Part shown: positions 1-11,026 of the stretch, piece by piece
Position numbering within the stretch: the stretch's first letter is position 1
Layout of the letters: the number at the start of each line of letters is the position of its first letter
NCBI GenBank assembly: GCA_043228905.1
Contig: JBHGNT010000332.1
Span: 1 to 34,278 of the forward strand
Direction: 5' to 3'
DNA: 34,278 nt
DNA from: Azolla caroliniana
Taxonomy: Eukaryota; Plantae; Polypodiophyta
The notes under the pieces: generated by a model
What the model was told of the DNA's origin: nothing
The model's database searches: none
Seen by the model: only the letters and a program-made list of their open reading frames with translations
Program-made: the position numbers and the translations under genes

Positions 1-350
1 AATTAGTGCATTAATGACAACGTTGCACATGAATCACCACCGCTCACGATTTCCTGGCATGGCGCTTTGCTAATCAAACGGTGCATTATAAAGCTGATTG
101 GAATCCATAGGCCTGCGTGTATCCTTACAATTTCTGTTGTATGTAATAAACTATAATCTTCATAAACGAATTCAAGTTAGTTGGCAAAACTGAATCCATC
201 GATTCATTATTATAAACCAAATGGCTATTCAGACTGTACAGTAGACGTTCTATCAAAGCTGGTTATTATGTAATATGTTACAACTAGGATATCGATTATT
301 CTGAATCAATCTGAATGTATATCTAATCTCTCATCACGAAACAATTATAG

Positions 351-2405
351 CTAGATCCACAATGTGTCTATTGCGGAGAAGGCATTCATGTCATGAATGT
401 GATCTTGATCGTGCTTAATGGTCACGTGATCATCCTCATGAGGATGATCATCAGCATTTCTTAACTCCACCTGATTAGCGTTCATCATTTCATGATCACG
501 CAGATCCTGTCCATGATCACCAAGGGGTACTGGAGCCGGATATTCTTCGACTAGAGGATGAGTAAAAACGAGGTCCTCGTAATTAATAGGTGAATAGCTA
601 TGAATATATAAGGCACTAGTACTGTTGAAGCAGCTGAGATGAGGAGCACAATCATCATCCATAATGGTGTAGTAATCGATCAAGGGGGATGAACCAATAT
701 TATTACTACTATAATTACCTATAGGAGGAGGAGGACCTATGACGCTGTCTAAGCTAGGGAGACCCATGTTCTCCAATTTCAACATTTGTTGGATGTCTTC
801 AGCTAGAAAGAGCGTGCTCGGCCCATACTGATCGTCGTACTCATAATTATGAGGTTTATTATCAACCTCACAGCTCACTCCGGGAATCATATCCCAGAAT
901 GTTCCTACCCCAAGTACGTCATCTGTCGATAATGTGGGTGGATCATTCTCCACTTGCAGAGATTCTATATACTTGTCCTGCTGCGACAACATTGATATGT
1001 GATCGCTTAATGCAGGGCCCAATGTTTGGTTTAATGGATCATTTGCATGCTGAGATTCTGTGTGAGCATCTGGGTTGTCTGGTGGGCAATTAGGCATGTC
1101 CAGAGACTCGATATGTTCAAATGCTGAATTATATGAGCCCCACGAATCCAAGTCGGCTAATAGCATCTCCTCAATATGGTCAGCTAACATCGACATATTC
1201 ACATCGTTAATGTCATCGATTGGAATCATATCGCCTATTAATAATGAAGCCGCCGCCGCTCCTGAATCATCAGGCGGATTTAGATCCTCGTCTTCTTTAA
1301 TGACTCCATTGGGCCCCCCATGGAACTCCATCATGGAGCTCTGGCTAGCTCGTGCTACCTCAGGTGGAGGAGGAGGAGGAGGAGGAGATACTAAATCTTG
1401 CTCATCCTCCTTAATATTATTACTGTGACCATTACTAAGTCTGGGCTGGCAGCCGTTGCCAAGGTTGTAGCGTTTGGGGGGACTATACTGATGCCCGCGA
1501 ACATTGAAGACACATTTATTTCTGGCTCTTTGGAGGAGACAATCGAGGCCCCCATGGAGGCTAACATGGTGCTCATATTCCTTGGGCTTGAGAGTGAAGT
1601 AATAGGTTTTGGTACCTCTACTTCTACCATTAAGTCTGGCCATTCTTTTGGTGGTTGCGGAGGGCTTGACCTTATGGATGGCACCACCATTCATGATCTC
1701 GTCCTCTAATATCGGTAGCTTCTGCCATGATCGACTTCTGGAAGGCTTTTGGTTTATGGGCGAGTTAGTTTGGCTCTGATCTCGGCTGGGGCTGCTGGAG
1801 GAATGTGTGGGAGCTTCTTCTGCGGCCACGAGGGGGCGATGATGATGATGCGCAGAGGATTCGCAGTGCATGCCGTCGCTTTTGTGGACAATGCCATTAA
1901 GAGGCGACTGTTGTTGCATGTTGGGTTGGATTAAGTGGTGGCCACATGAGGTGGAGTAACTGTGGATAGCATCATCATCATCATCATCATCATCATGTGG
2001 GCAGGCGATGGCGTGGGAGGGGGTGATAGGAGGGGGAGGAGAAGGAGAAGAGGAGGAGGAGGTGTGGAGGGGGGAGGAGCAGAGGAATCGGGGCTGGAGG
2101 GCGTAGCGGGATTTGGCGCGGTTGTTGAAGTATCGGAAGCGGACGGAGGAGGAGGAGGAGGAGGAGGAGGAGGAGGAGGCGCAGTGGGAGTGGGTGCAGG
2201 GAGGTGGGGGGAGGACGTGCTTGAAGAAGAAGTCGAGGGCGTGGCGGAGGGGCTGGGAGAGGTGGGAGAAAGGGCTGTCCTCCAGCTTCAGGCTGCCGGC
2301 GATGGCCCTGAACTGCACCTCCTCGCCGGCGGCGGCCACCGCCGCCAGCAGCTCCTCCAGACACCAGCGAGCAGTAGGCGGCGGAGGCCCACCACCACCC
2401 ATCAC
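351..2405 (-). CDS. Uncharacterised intronless 684-aa protein: low-complexity Pro/Ser/Asp/His N-terminus, basic central segment, long acidic C-terminal half
   Basis: Uninterrupted 2055-nt ATG..TAG ORF, GC-rich at the 5' end, with trinucleotide-repeat-encoded homopolymers. No TE motif or family signature recognised. Confidence 0.75.
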   Translation of the reverse strand: MMGGGGPPPPTARWCLEELLAAVAAAGEEVQFRAIAGSLKLEDSPFSHLSQPLRHALDFFFKHVLPPPPCTHSHCASSSSSSSSSSSVRFRYFNNRAKSRYALQPRFLCSSPLHTSSSSSPSPPPPITPSHAIACPHDDDDDDDDAIHSYSTSCGHHLIQPNMQQQSPLNGIVHKSDGMHCESSAHHHHRPLVAAEEAPTHSSSSPSRDQSQTNSPINQKPSRSRSWQKLPILEDEIMNGGAIHKVKPSATTKRMARLNGRSRGTKTYYFTLKPKEYEHHVSLHGGLDCLLQRARNKCVFNVRGHQYSPPKRYNLGNGCQPRLSNGHSNNIKEDEQDLVSPPPPPPPPEVARASQSSMMEFHGGPNGVIKEDEDLNPPDDSGAAAASLLIGDMIPIDDINDVNMSMLADHIEEMLLADLDSWGSYNSAFEHIESLDMPNCPPDNPDAHTESQHANDPLNQTLGPALSDHISMLSQQDKYIESLQVENDPPTLSTDDVLGVGTFWDMIPGVSCEVDNKPHNYEYDDQYGPSTLFLAEDIQQMLKLENMGLPSLDSVIGPPPPIGNYSSNNIGSSPLIDYYTIMDDDCAPHLSCFNSTSALYIHSYSPINYEDLVFTHPLVEEYPAPVPLGDHGQDLRDHEMMNANQVELRNADDHPHEDDHVTIKHDQDHIHDMNAFSAIDTLWI

Positions 2406-2451
2406 CCAACCCCCGGATCGACCGACCGGTAATGTTTATATGTATGTATAT

Positions 2452-2732
2452 ACTCTCTCTTTCTCTCTCTCTCTCTCTCTGCTTCTCTGTGTTCTGCCTG
2501 TGTCCTGCTTTTCCAATTTCAATATTTTCCGATATCCCCCTCTGCGCCTGATTGCCCCCCCCCCCCCCCCCCCCCTACTTACAAAAACATGCCGCCGTTG
2601 CGTTTCGCGTTTTCTCGTTTGCCCGTCCGTTTTTCTCTGCTTTTGCGTTCCCGATCTCGTTCTTTTTCCACCTCCAAATAAAAAAATAAAAAAATAAAAA
2701 ACCACATAATATGCATATTAAACGCAAATAAC

Positions 2733-2763
<31 letters not shown>
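2452..2763. repeat. Microsatellite cluster upstream of the 684-aa gene: (CT)n, poly-C, (ACAT)n
   Basis: (CT)n at about 2452-2480, C-run at about 2554-2575, (ACAT)n at about 2735-2763; another (ACAT)n at about 3407-3434. Confidence 0.9.
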
Positions 2764-3406
2764 AGAAAACCACATAAATATGCATATCTATTATAAAAAA
2801 CGCAAACAAATAACCACAGGGTGCGTGGCGTGTGGACAGTGAGTGAGTGCTCCAGCTTCCAGTTCACAATCAAATGTTCCATGTTAAGAGGGGAAATGAG
2901 ATATATATATGGCACATGCCATTGCCAATGCATACATCACAAATAGAAATGGAGGTTTGGCTCATACATATTTGAAACAAAAAAAACCAGAGAGGGGAGA
3001 CTATATGTATTTTATCAACACCCCAAAATACATAGAAGAACACGTCACGTTGGAACGCCTCCCTCACGTATGACAACATTACATATGCTTTTTAGGAACC
3101 CCCTCAACTGTTCTACAATTGCAAACCATTACCATTGTTGTAGATTACTTAAGATACAATTCACATAGAATACGTATGCTAAGTATTCTACCTTTTATTA
3201 CAAATACTTTGAATACCTTTTTCTTCAGATAAAATACGTTAAATACTTAGGATATGTATGTATAGTGATCACTTAAAGAGCTATCATAAAAAGTGGATTT
3301 CGGTACCCACATCACTTTGGGCTACCTTTCTGTTCTCATCCCCTCCTATGTGCAACCATTGACAACCACTTTGCTACATGTAGCTTTGCCATGCTAATTA
3401 ATTGAG

Positions 3407-3438
<32 letters not shown>

Positions 3439-6400
3439 TCTATTTTCATAAACAATTATCTATTTAATTAAGATGCCTCAAATGTTTTCTATTTAATTAG
3501 GATATACATGTTTCTTAATTGGCGTAAATATTAGGTGTGCGTAAACTTTAGTTTAACTTACGAATCCCTTAAAGCTTCCACTATTGCATGGGGTTGTGAA
3601 GTAAGCGTTATTATATGTTGACGTATGCCACTATGTTTGCTTTTGGTTCAGAATGATGCCCTTAATCCTAAAATTAGCCTAATGTTCTCATTTGGAGGAT
3701 GTTAACTTTTTTTGTCAAACATGTCACCTTTGATGCTACAATCTAGGGCAATGATATATATTTTCGAAGTTCAAATATGCAAAATATAACATTTTCGTGT
3801 AATATATGTGAAAGTGAGTAGTAGCTCTTAATGTTCAAGAACTTTACTCATGAATGTCGTGATTGAGAGAAGTCTCCTTGGTAAGATGGGGGTAGGATGG
3901 TTGCCTATGTATAGATTCCCAATAATCTGGCGCTTATTGGGGCCTCTATTGAGGTCAAAAGCATAGCGCAACCTTGGTTGCTGGCCATACAAGTGAAAGG
4001 TTGGATGCTTGAATGGAAGCGAGTTAAGCAGAACGCCACAATAGTGTCGATAGACAAACCGTTAATTACACATGTGCTTGTGAAACGTGAATGGAACCAC
4101 CGAGGACTTGAACCAAAGAGGATGGGTTGCGTATTTAAATTGTTGTGTTGAAGATTTAAGGCTACTTGTTGATATTTGGTTTAGTTCTGAAATGGTTTGG
4201 CTTATTGCTTTTTGACTATGTATACATATATAAAATATATTTATGAGAAATATAACACTTAGTAATAGTTACCCTATTGGTAAATATAATGCTTTTAACC
4301 CTATGTTTGTAACGTTTGAATCTTCCCTCACAAACTTACATTTTTTTTATTTTTTTTCCAAAATGAAGCTACTTTCCCATTAGTTAGGAAGGATTATTAC
4401 ATAGAGAGTCTACAAGGAGACTTATACACACATCAGGGAGTCTTCCTCCGATCAAGTAAAAGAAGATGAGCCTACTTACAATGCCTTGCGGCCTAACTTA
4501 ATGTAAGAAGCTACCTATATCCAAGGCGATGCCCTTCAATGTTGCCTAGTACGAGTCGGCTCTTGGGGCCTACAACGAAGAGGGTGGCAGGTGAGTAGGA
4601 AACAGCCAACATGGGGGCTGGTAGTTCCACCTCAGGCCACTCCCGCCTTGCATCACAATAGGTGTGTTCCGCCATTTCTGCCAAAAGCGCAAACGGGCAC
4701 ATTAGGTGGCACATTAGGCCTACACTCATGCTACCATTTTATTCTTTATTCGGACATTGGAGGAGAAAGGCTAGATGTGGAGAGAATGTTCGTCGTTGGA
4801 GGAGAATGTTGGAGGTGGAGAGAACGTTTGAGGATGGAGGAGTAAGCTGGAGGTGGAGGATGTTCAAATGATTGAGGTGGAGAATATTCAAATGTTCTCA
4901 TATACCGTGATGTGTAATGCAGATTGCTTTTCTTCCTTCATCATTCATTACAAGATTCCAACATCTGATCTTCCGCTCCTAGTGTAAGCTCTTCATGACT
5001 AAGTTAGTCTTTTTGTTGTTTATAACTTCGTCTTGTCTCTTCACCTCCTTTTCATACTTCTTGTCCCTCAATCCCTTATATGCAAATAGTTTAGCTCATT
5101 TTCTCATGTGCACTCCTCACATCATGGCATTATTAATTGGATGTCGAGATCATGGATAAAGACGTATTTGTTGATGAAGGTCTTCCTAAGCAAGAGCAAC
5201 CAACTTCAATGGCTTTTATTGTGACGAGGACAAGAGAAGGATTGCCAATTGAAGAAGGCCGTAGGACACATCTGTTTAGTTGTGAGACAATAAGTTCAAG
5301 GTCAGAAGCACTCTTTATGGGCAACAATGATTAATGTTCAACGGGCTTGTAACATAAAGGGACTGTTTAGAATTTCCAACATGATACACCACCTTTGTCG
5401 CATGGGCGTATGTCCCTCTACTCACTTTGTAATACTCATACATAAACAAGGTCATGAGTCAGCTATGTATGATGACAACAACTGTGATGCTCTTGTACTC
5501 GGTCATAATTGATTTATGATTTGTCAAGATGTTTTCCCTTCCAACATTCTATTCATTCCAAAACTCTCTTTTTAGATTTGAAAAATTCCAATTTCAATCG
5601 AGAAATGATTTCCTGTTAAGAAATGATTGTTCATATGAAAATCCTTTTCTCATCAAGAAATGATTTCTTATCCATGCTCTAAAATCAAGAGATAGGTGAA
5701 GAAATAAAAGAGTTTGTAAATAGATCTTTACTTCTTTGACATGAAGTTGAAGGAATTCCTTATGCCTATTATAGTACCTCTTGTGCTTGATCTGTGAGGG
5801 GAAAAAAATGATAGCATAAATGAGGTGAAAAACATTAAAAAAGAGATAAGGTGATTAGCTAGTAATCACATAATTAATATAATAAAGTGATTATGAGAAA
5901 AATAAACACAAACAAAAACTGATTATACAAAGAAAATTTAATTCACAAAAACAAATGAGTTATCCTAGGGGTTGATGCCCCATACTAAGGTCATGTGTCA
6001 AGGTCAGATCATCGTTTACCCTTTGGTTGTTGAAAGGAGCAAGAATGGTCAAGCAATCTCGAGTTAGTCACTCTAATATATAATGATGGCATAAGTAACC
6101 TCTTCCTTTATCTCTTAAATAGTATTTATAATGAGGAAGCTATATAGTGCCATTACAGTGTGGATTGATGGTTTCACCTAGTCAGTTAACGATACACAAT
6201 GCACAATAAATGAGTGATACAAGCTTCGATTACTTATGATACACCATAGTCACATAGAAGAGGATTAGTGTAAGTCTTAGAGTAAAGTGCTTAACAAGTA
6301 TACTATCTTTATAGTCTTATACTATGTTTTGGCACTTTCCACACTAGCCACAAGGCTTTAGATTTTATTAGCTTTTCCACTTTTGCCTTCTCTTCCACCT

Positions 6401-6869
6401 ACACTTGTATCCTTAGCATTGATGGAAATATCATTATCGGATCATGAAACTTATAAGTAGTTAAGTTGTTGATATATAAATGTTGAGTGATGGAATCACA
6501 CAAAATCTATTATGGTTCCATTGTTTTTATTCTATTTGAAATTGTTTGATTGGCAACACAATGAATATCAATAGAGGTATTGCATCCTTACAATTCCTCC
6601 ATTGGGATGGAAAAGAAAGTCACAAGTCAAGCTTCAATTGAATGACAATGGTTTGGCTTGGTAACTACTAAAAATGTTATTTTAGAGTCAGAAAAACAAT
6701 CACACCCTTCCAAGTGATGGGAACTATGTTTCATATACCTCAAGGGTATTATTGTTATATTTGGCAATCAAATTTTGTATTTCGTCTAGCAACCTTGATT
6801 CTAGAGTTGGTAGTAGAGGAATCAAGAAAAGATTGGTAATTTCATAGTAAAACATTGATATTTGAGGTG

Positions 6870-7006
6870 CAAACTAATTATGTATGTCGTAAGTTGGTTG
6901 AAGGTAAAGTTTGGTTAGTGAAGAATGTCTCATATACATAGCACAAACTAATTATGTATATCATAAGTTGGTGGAAGGTAAAGTTTGGTTAGTGAAGAAT
7001 GTCTCA
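6870..7006. repeat. Tandem duplication, period 74 bp
   Basis: caaactaattatgta...gtgaagaatgtctca at 6870-6932 and 6944-7006, with 3 mismatches. Confidence 0.85.
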
Positions 7007-7274
7007 AATGCGTAACATGGAGGTGTCTAATTTTAGATGTGGAATGACAATCTTATCCTCCATTTTGTGGGAGGGTGTTTCTTTGGCATGCAATGGTGGG
7101 TTGGTTGCCTTTGGCGATGATTGTTGTAAAGAAATGGACAATGTAGGTGATCTTGTGCAGTGGAAGGAAATTGTATGTGTGTGAGTACTAAGACAAAAGG
7201 AGAGAGAGTGAGTGAACTTAGGGACAGAGAACAACAATTTGTATTAACAAGAGAGAGTGAGTACTACAGGGTGG

Positions 7275-7752
7275 ATTAGTCGACCTTGACTGAAAAATCG
7301 AGTGACTGAAAACTCGACTAATCGATTTGGCTAATAGTCGAGTCAGCCGAAGTTGAAGTCGACTTGAGGCTAGATTTGTAAATAGTCATATATGAACTTG
7401 AGTATAAATATACTTAGGGCAAGTTGTTAGAAAGTAGAATCATTATTGTTGTAAGTAGATATAGTGTGTAGTTGCCTTTGTAATCAAACTTAGAGAAAGT
7501 TGTATCTCTGCAGCCGTCTATCAGACGAAGAAGAACTCAAGGTCGTTGCCTTGAGATTCTTATTGGTGTATTTCCTCTCGATATAGTGATCCATTTGGAC
7601 TCTGTGGGCTCCTGTGGTTTTTCCCTTTTAAGGGTTTTCCACGTTAAATATATGTGTCTCTGTACTTCTGTTTTCTATTTTTCGTTTGTGTATTGTCGTC
7701 TTGATCCTTGCACCGGCATACGAAAGAGTAATAATCGGTACTATCCTCAACA
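7275..7752 (+). mobile_element. Probable copia-type LTR fragment in sense orientation, interrupting another LTR
   Basis: TATA-like gtataaata near 7402. GGGTTTTCCACGTTAAAT at 7632-7649 is a motif common in plant copia LTRs. Ends ...CTCAACA at 7752, where homology to 16379 onward begins. Left boundary uncertain. Confidence 0.5.
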
Positions 7753-9228
7753 CTTAGGCCAACTAGCCTTTCAACTATTTATAAAACTAGCCCAAACCTA
7801 GTGTGTCCATTGCTAGTGTGAAAGCCATTACATTAGGGAACTTGGGTTTGACACTCAACACGCCCCTTCAAACACAACTTCTAGTCACCGAAAAGTCGCC
7901 TTTTTGTTTGGCTCGTTTCGACTTTCTAAATTCCTCCGCTCTGTGTTCGGATTGTCGGTCGGTTTGGCTTTGACTCGTTGACTAGTATATGTTCTGCTTC
8001 GTTCGACTACTTCGTGTTCCTTGTTCAATTAACATTTTTGTTCGTTTGCTCGTTCGACTTTTAAATTCGACTTTGTGCTTTGACTCCCCTTGGTCAATTC
8101 TGCTGCTACTTCGACTACTCCTTTGGTCGACTTCGATCGACTGATCGACTGTTATTCGAGTGTTGCGTTGTACTCGTCGTATTCATCGTTTGTGTTGTAC
8201 TCCCCCTCAAGCTCGACAATGTGACTATCGTTCGGCTAAGGTCTGATATGAATTGCCTGAGCTTGTCGACGCCCAAGGCTTTTCTGAAGATGTCAACTAC
8301 ATGAAGGTTTGTGTTTATGTGTTGCAGGTCGACATCTCCAACCTGAACGCGCTCTCACGTGAAGTAATAGTGCACTTCAATATGTTTTGTGCGCACGTGG
8401 AACACCGGGTTTCGAGCCTGATGAATATTGCTCATGTTGTCGAAGTAAAGGGAAATCGGATCGTTGATAGGAACACTCAGATCCTTTAATATTCTCTTCA
8501 GCCAAATGGCTTCACATATTGCGACGACCGCACCCCTATATTCGGCTTCTATGCTCGATAGTGCAACTGTTGGAGATGTTTTTTGCTGCTCCATGAGATA
8601 GGTCTGCTACCAAGGGAGAAGACAAATCCCGAAGTTGATCGTTTGTCGGCCTTGTTGCCGGCCCAGTCTGCATATGTGTACCCTTTGAGTCGAATGACCA
8701 TTTCTGACTTATATAGGATGTCGTAATCCATCTTCCCACTAATGTACCTTAGTGCTCTCTTAGTGCAATCCAAATGAATATTCCAAGGTTTCTACATGAA
8801 TCGGCTAAGTAGACTAACCTAATAGTTGAGGTCAGGTCGTGTGATGGTAAGATAGATTAAGTTATCGACCAACTAATGATATTGTCTCGACTCACACTCT
8901 TCTGCCCCAAAGTCGACATCGAGCTTTAGGTTTCGATCAAGGTCGTGTGATGGTAAGATAGATTAAGTTATCGACCAGCTAATGATACTAAGTCGACTCA
9001 CACTCTTCTGCCCCAAAATCGACATCGAGTTTTAGGTTTGGATCGAGAGGGGTTGATATAGGTTTCACTTTGTCATCCCAAACTTGTATAGCAAGTTGAG
9101 GATGTAGTTTTGTTGGGAGATCATGATCTCGACGAGTGTCTGAATTACTTCTATATCGAGGAAGTAATGGGGCTCCTACATGTCATTCATTTCGAATTTG
9201 CCAGGCAGGAGGGATTTGACCTTGTTGA
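7753..9228 (-). mobile_element. Degenerate Ty1/copia element A: LTR end (7753-7860), PPT (7861-7870), 3' spacer, RNase H and RT C-terminal part
   Basis: Minus-strand peptides YTYADWAG..DKRSTSGFVFSLGSRPISWSSKK and ALSSIEAEY..YFDNMS..NPVFHVRTKHIEVHYYF, with frameshifts. ctcaaca followed by cgccccttca is an LTR/PPT junction. The RT frame resumes at 11353. Confidence 0.9.
8835..9046. repeat. 106-bp tandem duplication inside the copia A RT
   Basis: ggtcgtgtgatggtaag...taggttt(c/g)gatc at 8835-8940 and 8941-9046. Confidence 0.9.
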
Positions 9229-9582
9229 TGTCAAGACATACATTTTGGCCTTACAAGGATTCGAGCCCAAGACGTCTTGGTCTATATGTTAGACCTTTAA
9301 CCATTATAATAACATATATGATGTATAGTTATAATAAATGTATTATTAGTTATTCCAAGATATTTAGAGTATTCTAGAACATTCTAGGATATTCCATGAT
9401 TATATTAAATAACTAAAATATCTAAAATATTCTAGAACATTCTAGAATACTCCATAAGGACCTATAAATAGGTGTCTATTAATTCATCACAACTCATTTG
9501 GTTCAACACCAGTTTGTAGCTCCTTAGCCTACTCTTTGTAATCCTTGCTCTCTTATAATATAACTCTCTTTCCAGTTCTAGT

Positions 9583-9664
<82 letters not shown>

Positions 9665-9709
9665 CTATTGTCATCTTATCTTTCTCTCTCCTATTCTCAA
9701 GTCTCGACA
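9229..9709 (+). repeat. 5' LTR of the gypsy element, containing a compound (CT)n(AT)n microsatellite
   Basis: Short terminal inverted repeats TGTCAAGAC...GTCTCGACA, TATA box at 9463-9470, gag ATG about 90 nt downstream. Confidence 0.8.
9372..9470 (+). promoter_or_regulatory. Heat-shock elements and TATA box in LTR U3
   Basis: TTCtaGAAcaTTCtaGAA at 9430-9447 is a perfect four-unit nGAAn array. A second array lies at 9372-9394 and TATAAATA at 9463-9470. Confidence 0.75.
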
Positions 9710-9799
9710 ATTTATACCGCATATCTCTCTTTTCTTCTTCTCCAACTTCTTCTTATCTTAACCTTATTCAAGCAAATCTAGCAATTTTCTCTCGCAACT

Positions 9800-10918
9800 A
9801 TGGAGTCCGTCAACAAGCAAGAATAGGTGCGTGTTCTCTCCAAGCTCGACATGCTAACAACCAAATTTGTGGCACTGGAGCATGAAAATCAAAGATTGTT
9901 GGGAGACCTACAACAAGTAAGTGTTGAGAAAGTACAACAATATGAAGATTTATCTCAATGGGTGCATCAAGTGGAGATGACTCTATTGCAACGACAAGCG
10001 GTGGAAGTTCAAACCTCACCAAAGGAACCCAAGATTAGTCTGCTAGCCAAGTTTGATGGTACAAGGTCTCAATTTCGTGGATTTTTAAATAAGGTACGGC
10101 TTGTGATTAAATTGTATCCTAGCCATTACCCAACTGATGTTGCTCGTGTGGGGCTAGTTGGTACCTTGTTAACGGGTCCCGCATTAGCGTGGTTTGCACC
10201 ACTCCTAGAGAAGCACTCACCATTTTTAGAAGATTTTGAAGGGTTTATTAATGAGTTCCAAGCCAACTTTAGAGACACTGATAGTATGAGGACCGCAATA
10301 AACAAAATTCGGCAATTACGACAATGAGATCGTCCTACTTCCTCTTATGCTGCAGATTTTCGCCTTCTAGAATATGATATTCCATGGGACGAGGCGGCAT
10401 TAATCGACCAATTTTGTCAAGGTGTGCGCAATGATGTGAAGGATTTACTTCTTACCTTCCATGATGATCCAAAATCTCTTCCTGAAGTAGTAAGCTAGGC
10501 CGTGCGATGTGACAATTGCTTATTTGAGCGGCATTCTGAGCGCCAACAAATGTTATGCTTCCGACCAACAAAAACATATGCTTCGGTGGTCGCAATTCCA
10601 CCCCAAGTATCAAAGTCAAGTGTGGTGGAAGGCCCCACTCCAATGGAAATCGAGACAACATGACATCGAGGACCATTATTGGATGCTGAAAAGCAACGAC
10701 AACGATCAAATCGTCTATGCCTCTATTGTGGTGGTCCAAGGCATATTGCTATGAATTGTCCACATAAACCACGACGACAAGTTAACCAAGTAAGTGCTCA
10801 TGACAATCCCATCTCAATTTCTGCCCCGCCTTCTCGTAACCCAAGTAGGCCTAGTAGTCCCTGTCATAAAAATACATTTGATGTCTTGAGCCAATTAGAT
10901 GATGTGTTAAACGAGTAA
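9800..10918 (+). pseudogene. gag: Ty3/gypsy Gag (capsid domain and CCHC knuckle), PEG10/Tf-sushi/Tcn1-like type, with in-frame stops
   Basis: One frame carries KFDGTRSQFRGF, LLTGPALAWF, YAADFRLL, PTPMEI and RLCLYCGGPRHIAMNCP. Stops at 9824, 10325, about 10496 and 10661. Confidence 0.9.
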
Positions 10919-10950
10919 GTCCAGCCAAAATCGGAGCCATTTGGTTGGAC
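10906..10950 (+). promoter_or_regulatory. Putative gag-pol -1 ribosomal frameshift signal
   Basis: In-frame G_TTA_AAC (10906-10912), 6-nt spacer, then hairpin gtccagccaaaat/atttggttggac (10919-10950). The -1 frame stays open (VKRVSPAKIGAIWLDNPRHVTSVPSC) up to the tRNA junction. Confidence 0.65.
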
Positions 10951-10982
10951 AACCCTAGGCATGTAACGTCCGTCCCTAGTTG

Positions 10983-11026
10983 TGGTTCCATTGCTGGAGA
11001 TGAACCCGGGTCTCTCGGGTGAGAGC
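10983..11026 (-). tRNA. 3' half of mature tRNA-Glu(CTC) including CCA (retro-copied fragment, not a gene)
   Basis: Minus strand reads GCTCTCACCCGAGAGACCCGGGTTCATCTCCAGCAATGGAACCA: anticodon loop, variable loop, T arm, acceptor 3' strand and CCA. It matches my recollection of plant tRNA-Glu(CTC), ...GCTCTCACCCGAGAGACCCGGGTTCAAGTCCCGGCAACGGAA. Confidence 0.85.

Noticed and set aside
899-2809. Many short ORFs overlapping or adjoining the 684-aa gene
   Set aside because: Shadow frames caused by GC-rich triplet repeats and microsatellites.
4511-5512. Possible decayed LINE or DNA-transposon coding remnants
   Set aside because: No diagnostic motif could be read with confidence.
9800-10918. Domesticated PEG10/Arc-like Gag gene
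   Set aside because: Three premature stops are shared by both copies and copy 1 has a fourth.
10983-11026. Functional tRNA-Glu gene
   Set aside because: The 5' half and A box are missing, CCA is encoded and the T arm is damaged.
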